Below, piece by piece: positions 1-12,608 of a stretch of DNA of 64,000 nt. The notes beneath the pieces were generated by a model, which worked only from the letters and a program-made list of their open reading frames with translations, had not been told where the DNA came from and searched no databases. Position 1 is the stretch's first letter; the number at the start of each line of letters is the position of its first letter. Source of the DNA: an uncultured Methanosarcinaceae archaeon (GTDB taxonomy: Archaea > Halobacteriota > Methanosarcinia > Methanosarcinales > Methanosarcinaceae); the NCBI GenBank assembly GCA_963833425.1, contig CAWHXP010000008.1, forward strand, positions 212,578 through 276,577, written 5' to 3'. A program made the translations under genes and the position numbers.

Positions 1-541
1 TATAGATTGATTTCTTGCAGACATATGGATGTTTTTACGGTTTTAGAGTTTGGCTTAAGTTAGAAATTTTGAATATTTATTACACACAATATTTACACTT
101 TTAAATTATAGTACTATACCTAATAGCATCAAGAGTATTCAAATCTGTAATTGACCATAGATGATTTCAACGAATTCATAAATTTTATTGTATGTTAACA
201 AATGAAGTATAAACTTAACTAAGAAATATCATGAATTTATCAAACTTCTTTATATATGACCTCCTTTTGGTTACCTTTTGCACAGAAAAAAAGTAACAAA
301 AGTGGAACATGTTGTTAATCTTAGAGATTGCATAGTAAATCCGTGGAATTTGATACCAGTATTCTTTACTAGAAATTAGAGACTTTAAGCTTCTTGCTGC
401 TCAAAGAAGAAATATAATAGTTATTAACTACCAAATAGATGCCTATTCAGAAATTAACAGCACAGTGAATTGGAAAAAATATAAAAATGAGTTAAGTTAT
501 CCCGCAAGAAAAAAATAAAACTAAAATAAAGAGTTCATACT

Positions 542-1102
542 ATGATCGATCTGATAATAAAAGCACTCTGGATGATGTTTCCAGCTTACATTCCCAATTC
601 CTTTGCAGCTATTTTTGGTGGTGGGAATCCTATTGATGGAGGCAGGTTTTTAAAGGATGGAGAAAGAGTCATAGGGGATGGGAAAACATACAGGGGCTTT
701 TTTTCAGGAATCTTTTTTGGAGTTCTCGCAGGCAGTATTCAAATATGGCTCAATTCAAATGGTTTCGAGATTTTAGGAATTGAGGTACCATCTTTTGGCC
801 AGGACTACCCTGACGCACTAAAAGTTGTCTTCGCTCTTTCTTGCGGTTCACTTCTCGGAGACATGTTCAAGAGTTTTTTCAAGCGTCGAATGAATCTGAA
901 AAGAGGTGCCGCCCTTCCACTTGTAGACCAGCTGGATTTTGTAGTGGGATCTTGGGTTTTCACATATCTTATCTCCCCAGAATGGTTTATGAGCAATTTT
1001 ACTCCCAATGTGATGATAATAGTCCTTTTAATAACACCTCTACTTCATCTTACCACAAACATTATAGGATACTCTATAGGGGTAAAGAAAGAACCCTGGT
1101 AA
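542..1102 (+). CDS. carS: CDP-2,3-bis-(O-geranylgeranyl)-sn-glycerol (CDP-archaeol) synthase
   Basis: Hydrophobic 186-aa ORF with PAYIPN, PIDGG, GDGKTxRG, GDxxxSFxKRR and LPLVDQLDF motifs; C-terminal KKEPW; upstream of pyrE. Confidence 0.92.
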   Translation: MIDLIIKALWMMFPAYIPNSFAAIFGGGNPIDGGRFLKDGERVIGDGKTYRGFFSGIFFGVLAGSIQIWLNSNGFEILGIEVPSFGQDYPDALKVVFALSCGSLLGDMFKSFFKRRMNLKRGAALPLVDQLDFVVGSWVFTYLISPEWFMSNFTPNVMIIVLLITPLLHLTTNIIGYSIGVKKEPW

Positions 1103-1184
1103 AATCACTTAAATCAATAAAATTTTGAGGCAAAAAAATATGAGAAAATGAATAAGATTCTCTGAAGATTAGGAAATAACATTT

Positions 1185-1799
1185 GTGATAATGATAAAAA
1201 TTAATGGCGCAATGAAAGCTGCAACAGGTGAGGTCATGAGCAAGTCAAAACCAGAAACAAAAAAAGAGTTAGATATCCAAAAACAGGAACTTATCGAAGC
1301 CCTCAAAGCATGTGGAGCTGTTCAATATGGGAACTTCAAGCTTACTTCAGGAAAGAAAACCAAGTATTATATAGATATCAAAAAAGCCAGTACTAATCCT
1401 AAAACCTTGAAACTTATAGCCAGACGAGCAGCAATCAAAATCGAGAATATGGATGTAAGCACAATTGCAGGGATCGAATTGGGGAGCGTGCCGCTGGCAA
1501 CAGCAGTTTCGATGGAAACAGGACTTCCATTGCTTTTAATTCGTAAGGCTACGAAGGACTACGGCACAGAAAGCCGGTTTGTAGGTGATATTAAACCAAA
1601 AGACAAGATTGTAATGCTCGAAGATGTTACTACAACTGGAGGTTCTGTCAGAGATGCAGTCAAAATCGTCAGGGAAGCTGGAGCTAGTGTGAAGCATATA
1701 ATTAGTGTCGTAGACAGAGAAGAAGGGGCAAAGGAGAAGATGAGAGAAATAGGAGCAGAGCTTTTCCCTCTTGTAAGTGCAAGCGACCTGTTGAACTGA
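1185..1799 (+). CDS. pyrE: Orotate phosphoribosyltransferase
   Basis: GNFKLTSGKKTKYYIDIK and PRPP-binding VMLEDVTTTGGS motifs; true start may be a downstream Met. Confidence 0.95.
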   Translation: MIMIKINGAMKAATGEVMSKSKPETKKELDIQKQELIEALKACGAVQYGNFKLTSGKKTKYYIDIKKASTNPKTLKLIARRAAIKIENMDVSTIAGIELGSVPLATAVSMETGLPLLLIRKATKDYGTESRFVGDIKPKDKIVMLEDVTTTGGSVRDAVKIVREAGASVKHIISVVDREEGAKEKMREIGAELFPLVSASDLLN

Positions 1800-2770
1800 A
1801 AGTAGTGCCGCTCACTTTCTATATTGATGAAATCTGAATAATAAATATAAAAATATATTTAACCATTTTAAGGATAACTTCGTCAAATAAATCTTTTCAG
1901 CTTTCAAGTGTATTCTTCTAAATATTTTTTTGAATTTTTAGAATTTACCTTCTACCCCTTTAATCGATGTATTAAATGCTATAAAAGATTGTATCGAGAT
2001 TGAGTTATAAAGATTCAATACAAATATTAGAATATTTTAGAGAGTTTTTACTTTTACTTGTCGCTATCAATACGGATCTGGGCATATTCTGAATTTTGAT
2101 TCGTTGTTTGTTTGGCGATTATATTGACTGCTTTGTTCTGTCATTCTGTCCTTACATAGCTTTTTAATTTTTAATAGGATTACTAAACAATACCATTATT
2201 TCTGACAAATATTTTAGTAAATTTACATGGGATTTGATTCATTTACCCATCTGTTTAAAGTGTATTAAATTATGAACATTCCCAGCTATATTTTTGGCAG
2301 AAAAATATAGAAAACTTAACTGTTTGAGGAACTGAAAGCCAAATTATGGAATGAGTTAAAAAACATAATTTAAATATAAATATAAGTTTAACAATGCAAA
2401 GATATTTATCAGAACAAATAGAGAACTAGAAATTCTTTCATTATTTTTCCAGATTAATAAGTATTGGTAATGAAAAATACACTACTATTAATGAAAATAT
2501 GTTCCTAAGACCCACTTGATGCAGATATATATATGAACTTTATCTATTTTCTTGAGATTTAGGTTATTAACAATTAAGTTGGCCTTTTATAAATATAACT
2601 ATGTAAATAAACATCCAATTTATCCATATGAACACGTGTACAAATGTAGGTCAAAATAATATCGAGAGGCTTTGAGGACTGAAAACTCGTTACCTTTCCT
2701 TATTTGATTTTTTATCGACACACATTACAACCAAATTATAATGTAGTGAAGTAATTTTATAAAAAGGAGA

Positions 2771-4078
2771 ATGGAAATGAAGATTTTAATTATCGGTGGT
2801 GGCGGAAGAGAACACGTAATCGCCGAAGGAATTAAGAACAGCAAGCAAAATCCCTCCATCTATGCGGTAATGGCAAAAAAGAATCCCGGAATTGCTGCTC
2901 TTTGCGAGGATTTTTTGCTCGAGAAGGAAACAGAAGTTGAAAAAGTCGTTGAGTATGCAAAATCCAGAAACATAGATATAGCATTTGTAGGGCCTGAAGC
3001 TCCGCTTGCGGCAGGAATTTCAGATGCTCTCTGGGAAGCCGGAATTTCTGTAATTGGGCCTAAAAAATCCTGTGCAATTATTGAGTTTGATAAAGCCTGG
3101 GCACGAAATTTCATGAAAAAATATGGAATCGAAGGTTGCCCTGCATACGAAATTTTTAAAGAGGAAGGGCCTGCACATGCTTTTATCGAGAAACTGGGCG
3201 ACGTTGCAGTCAAACCATCAGGTTTGACAGGAGGTAAGGGGGTAAAAGTCATGGGGGATCAGCTTCAGGGCATCGAAGCTGCTAAGGCCTACACTAGTAT
3301 GCTTCTTGAGAAAGGATCCGTTGTTATCGAAGAACGCTTAATAGGAGAGGAGTTCACCCTGCAAGCTCTGGTGGATGGAAAAAGCCTTGTTTTCTTCCCT
3401 GCGGTGCAGGATCACAAAAGAGCATATGAAGGTGATTTTGGACCAAACACAGGTGGCATGGGCTCATATGCAGATGCAGGGGAAATTCTACCGTTTATGC
3501 TAGCTGAAGATCTCGAAAAGGCAAAAAAAATAATGAAGAGTACTGTAAAGGCACTTTACGAGGAAACAAAAACAAAATACGTGGGTATCCTTTACGGGCA
3601 GTTTATCCTTACAACAAGCGGCCCAAAGGTAGTGGAATTCAATGCAAGATTCGGAGATCCTGAAGCCCTGAATATATTTCCCATCATTGAAACAGATTTT
3701 GTAGAAATCATGCTCGCACTGGTGAGAGGAACCCTGGATGAATTGCCTGTAAAATTCAGCAGGAAAGCTACGGTTTGTAAGTATGCAGTCCCTGAAGGCT
3801 ATCCTGATAATCCTGAAAAGGATAGCGAGGTAGTTATAGAGGATATAGGTGACGCTTTGGTCTATTATGCCAGTGTTTATGAGAAAGGCGGGAAAGTTTA
3901 TACTACTAGCTCCCGCTCCATTGCGATCGTGGGATGTGCGGAGTCTATCGATGCAGCTGAAAAAATTGCCCAGGATGCTCTTGAAAATATTCGTGGCAAA
4001 CTTTTTTTTCGGAAAGACATTGGAACTGCTGCTATGATCCAGAAAAGAATCGATCATATGAAAGAACTTAGAAGCTGA
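2771..4078 (+). CDS. purD: Phosphoribosylamine-glycine ligase
   Basis: [34 protein letters not shown] and [10 protein letters not shown] motifs; AGGAG RBS upstream. Confidence 0.97.
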   Translation: MEMKILIIGGGGREHVIAEGIKNSKQNPSIYAVMAKKNPGIAALCEDFLLEKETEVEKVVEYAKSRNIDIAFVGPEAPLAAGISDALWEAGISVIGPKKSCAIIEFDKAWARNFMKKYGIEGCPAYEIFKEEGPAHAFIEKLGDVAVKPSGLTGGKGVKVMGDQLQGIEAAKAYTSMLLEKGSVVIEERLIGEEFTLQALVDGKSLVFFPAVQDHKRAYEGDFGPNTGGMGSYADAGEILPFMLAEDLEKAKKIMKSTVKALYEETKTKYVGILYGQFILTTSGPKVVEFNARFGDPEALNIFPIIETDFVEIMLALVRGTLDELPVKFSRKATVCKYAVPEGYPDNPEKDSEVVIEDIGDALVYYASVYEKGGKVYTTSSRSIAIVGCAESIDAAEKIAQDALENIRGKLFFRKDIGTAAMIQKRIDHMKELRS

Positions 4079-4171
4079 CTGTTTCAAACGTTATACAAGT
4101 GCACGGCTTTCAAATAAGTACTATGTCGTAATATAAAGTTATAATTCCGCTAGAACCAAGCAGGGGTTGAA

Positions 4172-5083
4172 ATGATGAAGAGAGATATACTTTCGATAAC
4201 TGATTTGTCCAGGGAGGAGATATATGAACTCCTCGAAACAGCCGCTGACCTGAAGGAAAAGCGAAAGGCAGGAGAGTCTACTGAGTACCTGAAGAACAAG
4301 AGTCTAGGGATGATTTTCGAAAAATCCTCTACTAGGACCCGGGTCTCTTTTGAGGTTGCTATGACAGATTTTGGCGGGCATTCCCTCTACCTAAATCCCA
4401 AGGATATTCAGGTGGGAAGAGGAGAGACTATTGAGGATACGGCAAAAACTCTATCCGGTTACCTTCACGGATTAATAGCCAGGGTTATGAGCCACGAGAC
4501 AGTAACTAAACTGGCCGACTATTCAACTATACCTGTAATCAATGCGCTTTCTGACAGAGAACACCCCTGCCAGATCCTGGGCGATTTCATGACCATAATG
4601 GAGTACAAAAAAAGATTCAAAGGCCTGAAATTTGCCTGGATAGGAGATGGAAACAATGTTTGTAATTCGGCTTTACTTGGTTCGGCAATCATGGAAATGG
4701 AATTTACCGTAGCCTGCCCGAGGGAATATAGACCAAAAACCGAGTTTCTTGAAAAGGCAAAATTTCTCGGAGGCAAATTCATGATCACAGATGACCCTAA
4801 AATTGCAGCAAAGGACGCAGACATAATCTATACGGATGTCTGGATTTCTATGGGTGACGAAGCAGAACAGGAAAAACGGATGAGAGACTTTGCTTCTTTC
4901 CAGGTAAACACCAAACTCCTTGGCCTTGCAAAGCCTGAAGTAATGGTTATGCACTGCTTGCCAGCCAGAAGAGGACTCGAGATCACCGACGAAGTGATGG
5001 ATGGACCGAACTCAGCAATCTTTGAAGAGGCAGAAAACCGCTTGCATTCCCAAAAAGCCCTTATCCTGAAATTGATGCAATGA
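4172..5083 (+). CDS. argF: Ornithine carbamoyltransferase
   Basis: [33 protein letters not shown] and AENRLH motifs. Confidence 0.97.
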   Translation: MMKRDILSITDLSREEIYELLETAADLKEKRKAGESTEYLKNKSLGMIFEKSSTRTRVSFEVAMTDFGGHSLYLNPKDIQVGRGETIEDTAKTLSGYLHGLIARVMSHETVTKLADYSTIPVINALSDREHPCQILGDFMTIMEYKKRFKGLKFAWIGDGNNVCNSALLGSAIMEMEFTVACPREYRPKTEFLEKAKFLGGKFMITDDPKIAAKDADIIYTDVWISMGDEAEQEKRMRDFASFQVNTKLLGLAKPEVMVMHCLPARRGLEITDEVMDGPNSAIFEEAENRLHSQKALILKLMQ

Positions 5084-5370
5084 ATAATTTCATCAATTTC
5101 TAATACCTTCATAAATTCACTTAAACTTCCAAGCGCCTATTTTCAGATTTTAGATTTAAACTTTGCTTCCTGGGGAATGAAAATTATATGAAAATCCAGG
5201 ATATGTTTAGTCTTCAAAAAGGTTTTCAAGGATAAGGTATAAGAATAAATACGATACTATTGCTGCTGCAAAATAGTCATATCATACGGTGGTTTTTCAG
5301 CCCGACTAGTGGTGATGGATTTAAAATTGAATAATGATAATTATATTTTTTTAATAAGTAAACTCGATAT

Positions 5371-5455
5371 GCGAGGATTGCCCAGCTAGGTCAAAGGCGA
5401 TAGGTTCAGAGCCTATTCTCGTAGGAGTTCGTGCGTTCGAATCGCACTCCTCGCA
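5371..5455 (+). tRNA. tRNA-Leu (anticodon CAG), long variable arm, CCA not encoded
   Basis: Acceptor stem GCGAGGA/TCCTCGC + discriminator A; anticodon stem ATAGG/CCTAT with loop TT-CAG-AG; T arm GTGCG-TTCGAAT-CGCAC. Confidence 0.95.
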
Positions 5456-5763
5456 CTAAACTTTATCTGTTTTACAGTTATATCTGAAAAGATGTGATTT
5501 CCACAGCGTAAAGAGTTTCTCTGGACATTCTCAAACCTAATGAATTATGTACTCTTCATTATATCCGTAAAATTCTATACTGAATTTCAGATTCTTTCAG
5601 CTTGCATTCCAATCGTTCAAATTTAACAATAGGCTTCCTACTAGCCTGGAAACGAACTCAAATTTCCTAATAGTTGTTTCATATTTGGCAGATCGGTTTT
5701 ATCCATTGTTAGAATTTCTTCCGTCTCATAATTTTAAGGAACTATTGATCTCCAGTTTTGATA

Positions 5764-5994
5764 TTATTCCAATTTCTGAAACTCTTTCAATTCCCCCTCT
5801 TTTCTGTCAATATCCCCTCTACCGTACCCAATTAGAAATACTTGAGTCATTAATTTCCTAAGTTCAATTTTATCTAGGGATATATAATCTTCAAAATCGA
5901 AATTTATTAACTCATCTAATACTTCCTTAGATTTTGGAGGTAGGTTCTCTATCTGTACAATCACATTCAACGTCATAAAAGTATCTTGATCCAT
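5764..5994 (-). CDS. Small acidic hypothetical protein
   Basis: 76-aa ORF with protein-like composition and GAGGGG RBS-like sequence upstream; no recognisable domain. Confidence 0.45.
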   Translation of the reverse strand: MDQDTFMTLNVIVQIENLPPKSKEVLDELINFDFEDYISLDKIELRKLMTQVFLIGYGRGDIDRKEGELKEFQKLE

Positions 5995-7014
5995 TATAAA
6001 CGCCCTCTGAACATGCTTCTTAACTCATTTTTTATGTCACCTTGTAGCTTTCCCTGAACCAATTTTAGAAACCCTAAGAAATTTGAAAACTTGCAAAAAT
6101 CATAGGTTTTGGGGATTTTTAAAGCTCTTCCAGGATGTTTTAGGATGAAACAAAGATAGCAGGTATGTAACCTATAATAAGATTGACATTGAAATCTACT
6201 CTTTTAGCATATTATATTAAGGCTGAATAAATCTTTTTTGAAAAGGAGTCAGTACTCGTAGAATCAAATACCAACTGTTTCAATTTTAAACTTTTGATAA
6301 AATTATAAAATTTAATTCTAATAACATAATTCCTTTATTTCAGTCGAGAGTTTATTTTTTAGAATGAGGATGTTTTCATATGGGTAGAATTACGCATTTT
6401 TGATGCATAAATAAGCGCCTATTTTCTGTGCTTTTTATCTCCTGAACTTGGTCTTTGCAGGCATAGTGATACCAACCCCAGGAGCTCCATAGAGGCTGCC
6501 AACTATTGTCATGCAGGTGATAACTGTCATCTCTTCCTTTAGCTTTGGTCTTTCTGCTACTTCTGCTCTCAAGATGAAAATATAATAGATAATCTAAAAA
6601 ACTTTAACATAAAATATTTTAAATTTTTTGATTGTATTTACTACAATTCTTATCACCGCCTTTAAGCGTGCCCTCTCCGGCGGTGTTTAAATTAGCATGA
6701 CTAACACGAAAACAATTTAAAAAAATAGTGAAGAAGGAGCAGTGTATCAAAAGTTATGGAAAATATGATGGCTCTTTTAGCTTTTCTTTCACTGCAAGAA
6801 ATGACACACATAAATTAAAAATATAAAAAAGGCAGTCTCCAATAAATTTAATCTAATAAGTTTTTATTTAGCCCTATATACTTTTATATCTTGAAGTTTG
6901 ATTATTAATAATAAAAACTTAATATGTCACAACACTTAGGTTCAGATTGATGAACACTCCCCCTGAGATGGAACGATCTGCCATTTTTTCTAATTTATAA
7001 CATCAGTAAAAGAG

Positions 7015-7335
7015 TTGAAATACGTGATCAATAAACAAAAGATGTGTTCGATAGCCTTAGTGTCAGCAACTATTATTTTAATGCTGACAAGTATCGTAGG
7101 TGTAGCGCAATCTTCGGATGCTTTGGTAAAAAAAGGCATTGCTCTTGAAATTTTAAACCGGCATGAAGAAGCAATAAAAGCGTGTAACAAAGCACTTGAA
7201 ATTAATCCTTTCGATTGGAGTGCTTGGTACGCTAAAGGAATTGCTCTAGAAAAATTAGGTAAATCAAATGAAGCAACAAAAGCATATGACAAAGCAGTTG
7301 AACTTAACCCGAAACTCAGAAACTATGGAAAGTAA
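7015..7335 (+). CDS. Secreted/membrane-anchored TPR-repeat protein
   Basis: N-terminal hydrophobic signal-like segment followed by two TPRs (KKGIALEILNRHEEAIKACNKALEINP; AWYAKGIALEKLGKSNEATKAYDKAVELNP). Confidence 0.8.
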   Translation: MKYVINKQKMCSIALVSATIILMLTSIVGVAQSSDALVKKGIALEILNRHEEAIKACNKALEINPFDWSAWYAKGIALEKLGKSNEATKAYDKAVELNPKLRNYGK

Positions 7336-7924
7336 AAGAAAGATTTCAAATAAACTTAATAAATCCGATTTATAGGTTGAGTAGTTACTTAATTTTCATT
7401 CATTTTTATTCGTCGAACTAAATATCAAAACTTTTTTTCTCTTTATTGCTACAAATTTTTTAATAAAAAGCAGGTATTTGCAAAATAATTAGGTCAAAAT
7501 GTCCTAGAATTTCGCCTGAAAAATGGAAAAACACCAAAATTTTGTCACAGATAAATCTATCTTAGCAAAAATAATAAATTCTGTTTTTGTTATGAAAAAG
7601 AAAACGAATTTACCGAACTTTCTTTACATTACTGTTATTTTTTTATTCAGCTAGTTTCCAAAAACTTTCATTTTCTTCGAGTTAAGCACTCCGGATAGAT
7701 TCTTGTCTACGACACTCTCAAGTTATGTATTACAGAAATGACGGCTTTTGAATCAACTTCGTGGAGAATAAGAATCTCTTCGCATGTAAGTATGAATAAC
7801 AAGCAAAATAGGATCAATTATATTACAATTTTCTTAAAACAAAGAAAAATTGAACCTTGAAAAAGTTATCTGAGCAGTTAAATATTTTTATCATTTTTAC
7901 AGTTCTCTTGAAAATTACGTCATT

Positions 7925-8774
7925 AACCTCCTACAAGCTTATCGGAGTTCATGCTGTAGGTCATTGTTCGAGTTGGTCGTGCTCCATATAAAATTATGTC
8001 CCAAAGTCAACAACTGCCGAGGTCGTGACCACTTCAAATGGTTATTCTTCTTCAACGGACTGGTCTATTATTACAAGTTATACTTCTACTGCTACAGATA
8101 CATAGGTTTAGTCCCATACTATAGTAAAAGAATTGTATACGCATTCATATTCCCTTCGTAAACATCATTTAGTTGTAATCATGGAGGCCGTAATGCCTGT
8201 GGTCATTATATTATGAAAATGTTGTCCGCCCTGGTGATATCTTGCCTTGATGTTCGCCTTGGCTGCATGAGAATGTAGATAGTAATGAATTAATAAGAAT
8301 ACCTGCAGTTACAGACTCAAATAGAGATGATTTGCCCAGCGCGATCAAAATACGCTCTAAATGCCTCTCTTTGATAATTTTGGGGATAATACATTTTTTA
8401 AACAACAGAAAAAATACAACATATATTATTATCCATACACTGACTACTACAATAACGCATCCGACAATACATTATAGCGTGCAGCATAACGTCCCTGAGA
8501 GACCTGTACTCAGTAATTTCCCCAGGATTGCTAGGCAATCGCAAGGGATAGATATGCTCTGCAGAAACAAAAAAACAGCAAATGGATGATATCAAAGCCA
8601 GATACTCCGTTCAGCCCGTGCAATTTCATCGGTGAAATCATGAACGATGAAGAAGTTCAACGCCTTTACCAAATAGCCTAAAACAGTCTTAATGAACGCG
8701 AAAGCACATATAGATGCTGCAAATCCACGATAAAGGATTATGAATACCTGGTTCTCGTCATGGGTAAGCTTCAC
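7925..8774 (-). pseudogene. Heavily degraded membrane-protein gene, possibly MscS mechanosensitive channel family
   Basis: Minus-strand fragments (ALGKSSLFESVTAGILI; QDITRADNIFII.NDHRH; VSVAVEV...PFEVVTTSAVVDFG) occur in MscS order, with many stops and frameshifts. Weak resemblance only. Confidence 0.25.
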
Positions 8775-9432
8775 GCGTACACCAAGGCTAACAAATCCAC
8801 AAATGACGTGACGTTCGAGGATATCTTTGAGGTCGTCGCAGCGCCGGAAATGATATCTCCATCTGCGGGATCATCCGTCTGGATCAGCCATAAAAAAGTA
8901 CGAGCCACTTTGGACACATAACTCAGGATACATTTACGAATGCGGACAAGAATATATTGGTACTCCCTTCCTCTCACCAGATGGGCTGAAACTCAAGAAA
9001 ATCGGGAACTTTCACCTCGTCAGCTGGGACGAACTCTACGGGATGAGAGACCCGATCGAAACCCATCTAGACAAAGATATCGGGATGAAATAACACCGAA
9101 TCGAGGATTTGTGCCTTATGAAATGTCTTAGTATGCTAGTCTTTTCTGTGGCTCGCATCTCACGGCCCGCTGCCGCGACTGCAACGCGCTCTTATCCACG
9201 ACGCGATTTGAGATAAATAACTGGCACGGTGTTGTGCGGAAAAGTGTAGCATGATTGATGTCATGGAGGCATGCTTGACTGGACAACGGACGATTGGGTC
9301 GTTCCTGAAGGTAGAAACCCCTTAATTTTTTTCTGAATACCGATTATTCTCTAGCTCAGGGGTATTTTTGCCTCTGTTCGCGAACGGTAAAATTTATAGT
9401 CCGACTATATATTACTATTCAGGTGCTTTATT

Positions 9433-10311
9433 ATGGTGATCGTTGGACTTTCTAAAAATAAGGATATCGTGAAATCTGTAAAAACAGCAGTGGAATTAGC
9501 TGGAGGGTTGGGAATAAAAAAAGGATATAACGTCCTAATTCGGCCAAATGCAAACACTGCAGACCTGCCTCCTGGGTCAACAAATCCCGAAGTATTGAGG
9601 GGAGCTATCCGGGAAGTGCGTAAATATGACCCTGAAAAGGTAATTGTTGCTGAGAAGTCGATGACTCTGCTGGACACTGAATGGGTTCTTAAGGAGTTGG
9701 GGCTTTGGGAGGTCGCAGAAACCGAAGATGTAGACGAAATCATGACTTTTGACCATATGAAACGTCGGCTTGTGGAGCCAAAAGGAGCTCACTCCTGGCA
9801 ATATGGGTTCGAAGTACCTGAATTCCTGGAATCAATTGATTACACGATCGCTCTACCAGTGATCAAAACCCACTGGACTGCAACGTTTACCATGGGTCTC
9901 AAGTCTCAGATAAGCATCACCTCAGACATGGACCGACGACAACTTCCTCATGGACAGAATAGGGACATGCTTTTTGGGAAAATGATTGCCGAGTCAAACC
10001 TTGTTCACAGGCCTGACTTTTATATATCAGATGCTACTAAGTGCTTTGTTACCGACGGACCTAACATAGGAACTTTGATAGAACCTGAAATAGTTTTTGC
10101 AAGTTCGGATGTGATAGCAAATGATGCTGTGGGTCTTGCCCTCCTAAAAACCATTGGCACCGTTCCTAAGATTCAGAATCATTCTGTGTGGGTCCAACCG
10201 CAGATCAAAAGAGCTGTAGAACTTGAATTAGGGGTTCACAGCAGGGAAGAAATAACAGTGAAAAATGCAGGAGTCGGTGAAATCGACGAAATTATTGCGA
10301 ATCTTTCATGA
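9433..10311 (+). CDS. DUF362 domain protein
   Basis: VLIRPNAN...STNPEVL, IALPVIKTH...TMGLK and ASSDVIANDAV motifs typical of DUF362. Confidence 0.85.
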   Translation: MVIVGLSKNKDIVKSVKTAVELAGGLGIKKGYNVLIRPNANTADLPPGSTNPEVLRGAIREVRKYDPEKVIVAEKSMTLLDTEWVLKELGLWEVAETEDVDEIMTFDHMKRRLVEPKGAHSWQYGFEVPEFLESIDYTIALPVIKTHWTATFTMGLKSQISITSDMDRRQLPHGQNRDMLFGKMIAESNLVHRPDFYISDATKCFVTDGPNIGTLIEPEIVFASSDVIANDAVGLALLKTIGTVPKIQNHSVWVQPQIKRAVELELGVHSREEITVKNAGVGEIDEIIANLS

Positions 10312-11243
10312 AACTGGTCGAGAACAGATTCCTTGGAAAACTTCTGGCGATAAAACTTCGCTAAAAGATAAAAAAGCTCAATTTGCCCCCTAATTTTGGG
10401 AAATTCTTGAAGCCTTGAAAATAATTGCAGATCCGAAGAATCTGTCTGGACGGGCATGTACGGAAGGAATACCGATATGGCACTTGGTATTTCTATGCCC
10501 TAGATTGAGCAGAAAACAAAAAGTTACTTAAGAACTATTTCCTTGCTTTTGAACTCTGGCCTTCAGCATCAAGAAGCTTGAATTAATGCTTGTTTGGAGG
10601 GAAAACCTTCGCTTGTTTTAGAGAAGCTATGCACAATTCCCCTGTTGTTCACTTCTATCCTTCTCTGACTCAAAAATTGATTAGATATAAATATATAGAG
10701 TTAACTAAATTGAAAACCGTTTAAGGATTGCATTAATATCTTTGACAAACAAATAAAACGTGTAATATTGCTGAGTTGACCTTAGCTTTATTCAGTTCTC
10801 ACATAACTGCTTTTTGTTAGCCAATATTCACCAATAGAAAATTTTAGTATGCATCACTGTGATTTTCAAAATATACTAAATCTGGAGAGCTGAGATTCTA
10901 GTATTACAACTGTAATGGAAGTATTTTTTTAATTCTTCTGTTTAAAAATAATTCATCTAACTTTTCTTTTTTTTTGCTTCACAACTACCGGTAGATTCAA
11001 CTAGCATAGTGGATATGAAATCTAGTTTTATCAATCATTTGTTGAAAATAATGAACACAAAATTATCTCTCAACATTTTCCCAAAAATAAGAGATATATT
11101 CGTTTTTAGATCTGATCAATAATGAAGGACAATGTACCACATTTTTAAGGATCAAATAACGTTAGATGCTGGTGAATCATGTGTATATGACGTTAAATGT
11201 TACTTCGTGAATATAGTCCGCTCTTACATTTTATGGTTCATTT

Positions 11244-12608
11244 TCACAACCACTTACTTAAAAAAACTCTGAAATTTGGATCCTTTAATGTGCATATATC
11301 AGTATTTTCTATAATCTTAAAGCCTGCATTAACGCAATGCTTGAGATTTTTTCCAAGGGAGCAGTGAATAAGCTGTTTTTCAAGAAGCTCTTTTGCGATT
11401 GGATATTTACGCTTAATCTCAAAAGTATATCTTCCGTTTTCAATATAACCTCCAAAAACTTCCTCGGCTCTTTCATATTTTTCTTTGAACTTCTCAGCAT
11501 GCTCCTTGACCCAGACAGGTGGACCAACATGTTTTTTGACGCTAGGAAGAGTACCTGAGATAAGTTCTAACATAATTAAAGTTTCATTTTTCCCTGACCA
11601 GACCCCAGTTTTAATCACAGAAAATTCATATTCCATCAAAAGGGCAGCTGCCGAATGTTCCAATTTATGCAACTGTGGATAGAGTATATCTTCGACTAGG
11701 TTCGGGGTCCTGATGAAAACAACAAGCAGTGTGCTCTTTCTATTTTTAAGCCGTTGGAGAATTTCTTTGTCCCTCAGAGGCAAGAAACATGGAGGGAAAA
11801 AGAATTTAATTTCCACGTTTTTTAGAAATTCCCTGCAGTAGTCTATAAATATGCAAAATTTGTCAAGGGAAAGAGCTGCTGCAACGTTCCGTTTGGGATC
11901 TGTCGGATCCACCATGACTAAGGGTTCTTGGTGTTGTATTCTTGAATGTTGCATTATATCAATTCTCTCCCCAGGCTTCCAGAAGCAAGCTTCTTTGGCT
12001 GTATTTTCAAATGAACCGTAATGAATTATCAGGAGTTCGGTCAAGTAGCCAGAAAAGCCTTGAGTCCTCAACTCCGATCCGTAGACTCCGCATCCTCGCA
12101 TAAACTGCTTCAGAAGTAGTACTTCGTCTTCAAACCCTTTTATTTGGGCTTTAACAAAATCGTTGTGGAAAGGAGTCCTATCCACTGCAGATTTAATATG
12201 GGAAGCTGATGAAACACTAAAACACGGAACTAAATCCACGTCAAAACTTTTGAATACAATATTCAGGTAGGGATGCTCAGCGTGACAATCTTTGACACAT
12301 TCTGCAAGCTTTGACACTTCTCTGGCAATGGCAATGCCCAAGGTTTCTAGCTCCTTTCTGTGTGTCTCCTCTGGAAAACATATAAAAACATCAATGTCGT
12401 GAGTTCCTGAAAGCCACGTGCCTCTTGCTGCGGAACCGACCATTTTTACAAGCACATCATGTACACCTAGTTTCTCAGCTGCTGCTTTCACTTCTGTGGC
12501 CAATTCTTCCTGAATTCCAATGAGATTTTTTCTTTCAGCTACTGTAGGTTTTATTCTCTCAAGTATTACCTGCTTCAAATCCTCGGGAATGCTTGTATCA
12601 ATTTCCAT
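11244..12608 (-). CDS. cca: Archaeal (class I) CCA-adding tRNA nucleotidyltransferase
   Basis: VGSAARGTWL...DIDVF, HAEHPY, DLVPC, SAVDRTPFH, GFSGYLTELL and DPTDPKRNVAAA motifs. Confidence 0.96.
   Translation of the reverse strand: MEIDTSIPEDLKQVILERIKPTVAERKNLIGIQEELATEVKAAAEKLGVHDVLVKMVGSAARGTWLSGTHDIDVFICFPEETHRKELETLGIAIAREVSKLAECVKDCHAEHPYLNIVFKSFDVDLVPCFSVSSASHIKSAVDRTPFHNDFVKAQIKGFEDEVLLLKQFMRGCGVYGSELRTQGFSGYLTELLIIHYGSFENTAKEACFWKPGERIDIMQHSRIQHQEPLVMVDPTDPKRNVAAALSLDKFCIFIDYCREFLKNVEIKFFFPPCFLPLRDKEILQRLKNRKSTLLVVFIRTPNLVEDILYPQLHKLEHSAAALLMEYEFSVIKTGVWSGKNETLIMLELISGTLPSVKKHVGPPVWVKEHAEKFKEKYERAEEVFGGYIENGRYTFEIKRKYPIAKELLEKQLIHCSLGKNLKHCVNAGFKIIENTDICTLKDPNFRVFLSKWL

Noticed and set aside
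3500..4087. 195-aa antisense ORF in purD (and similar shadow ORFs in argF, the sulfatase and the reductase)
   Set aside because: They lie opposite well-supported conserved genes and show no motifs.
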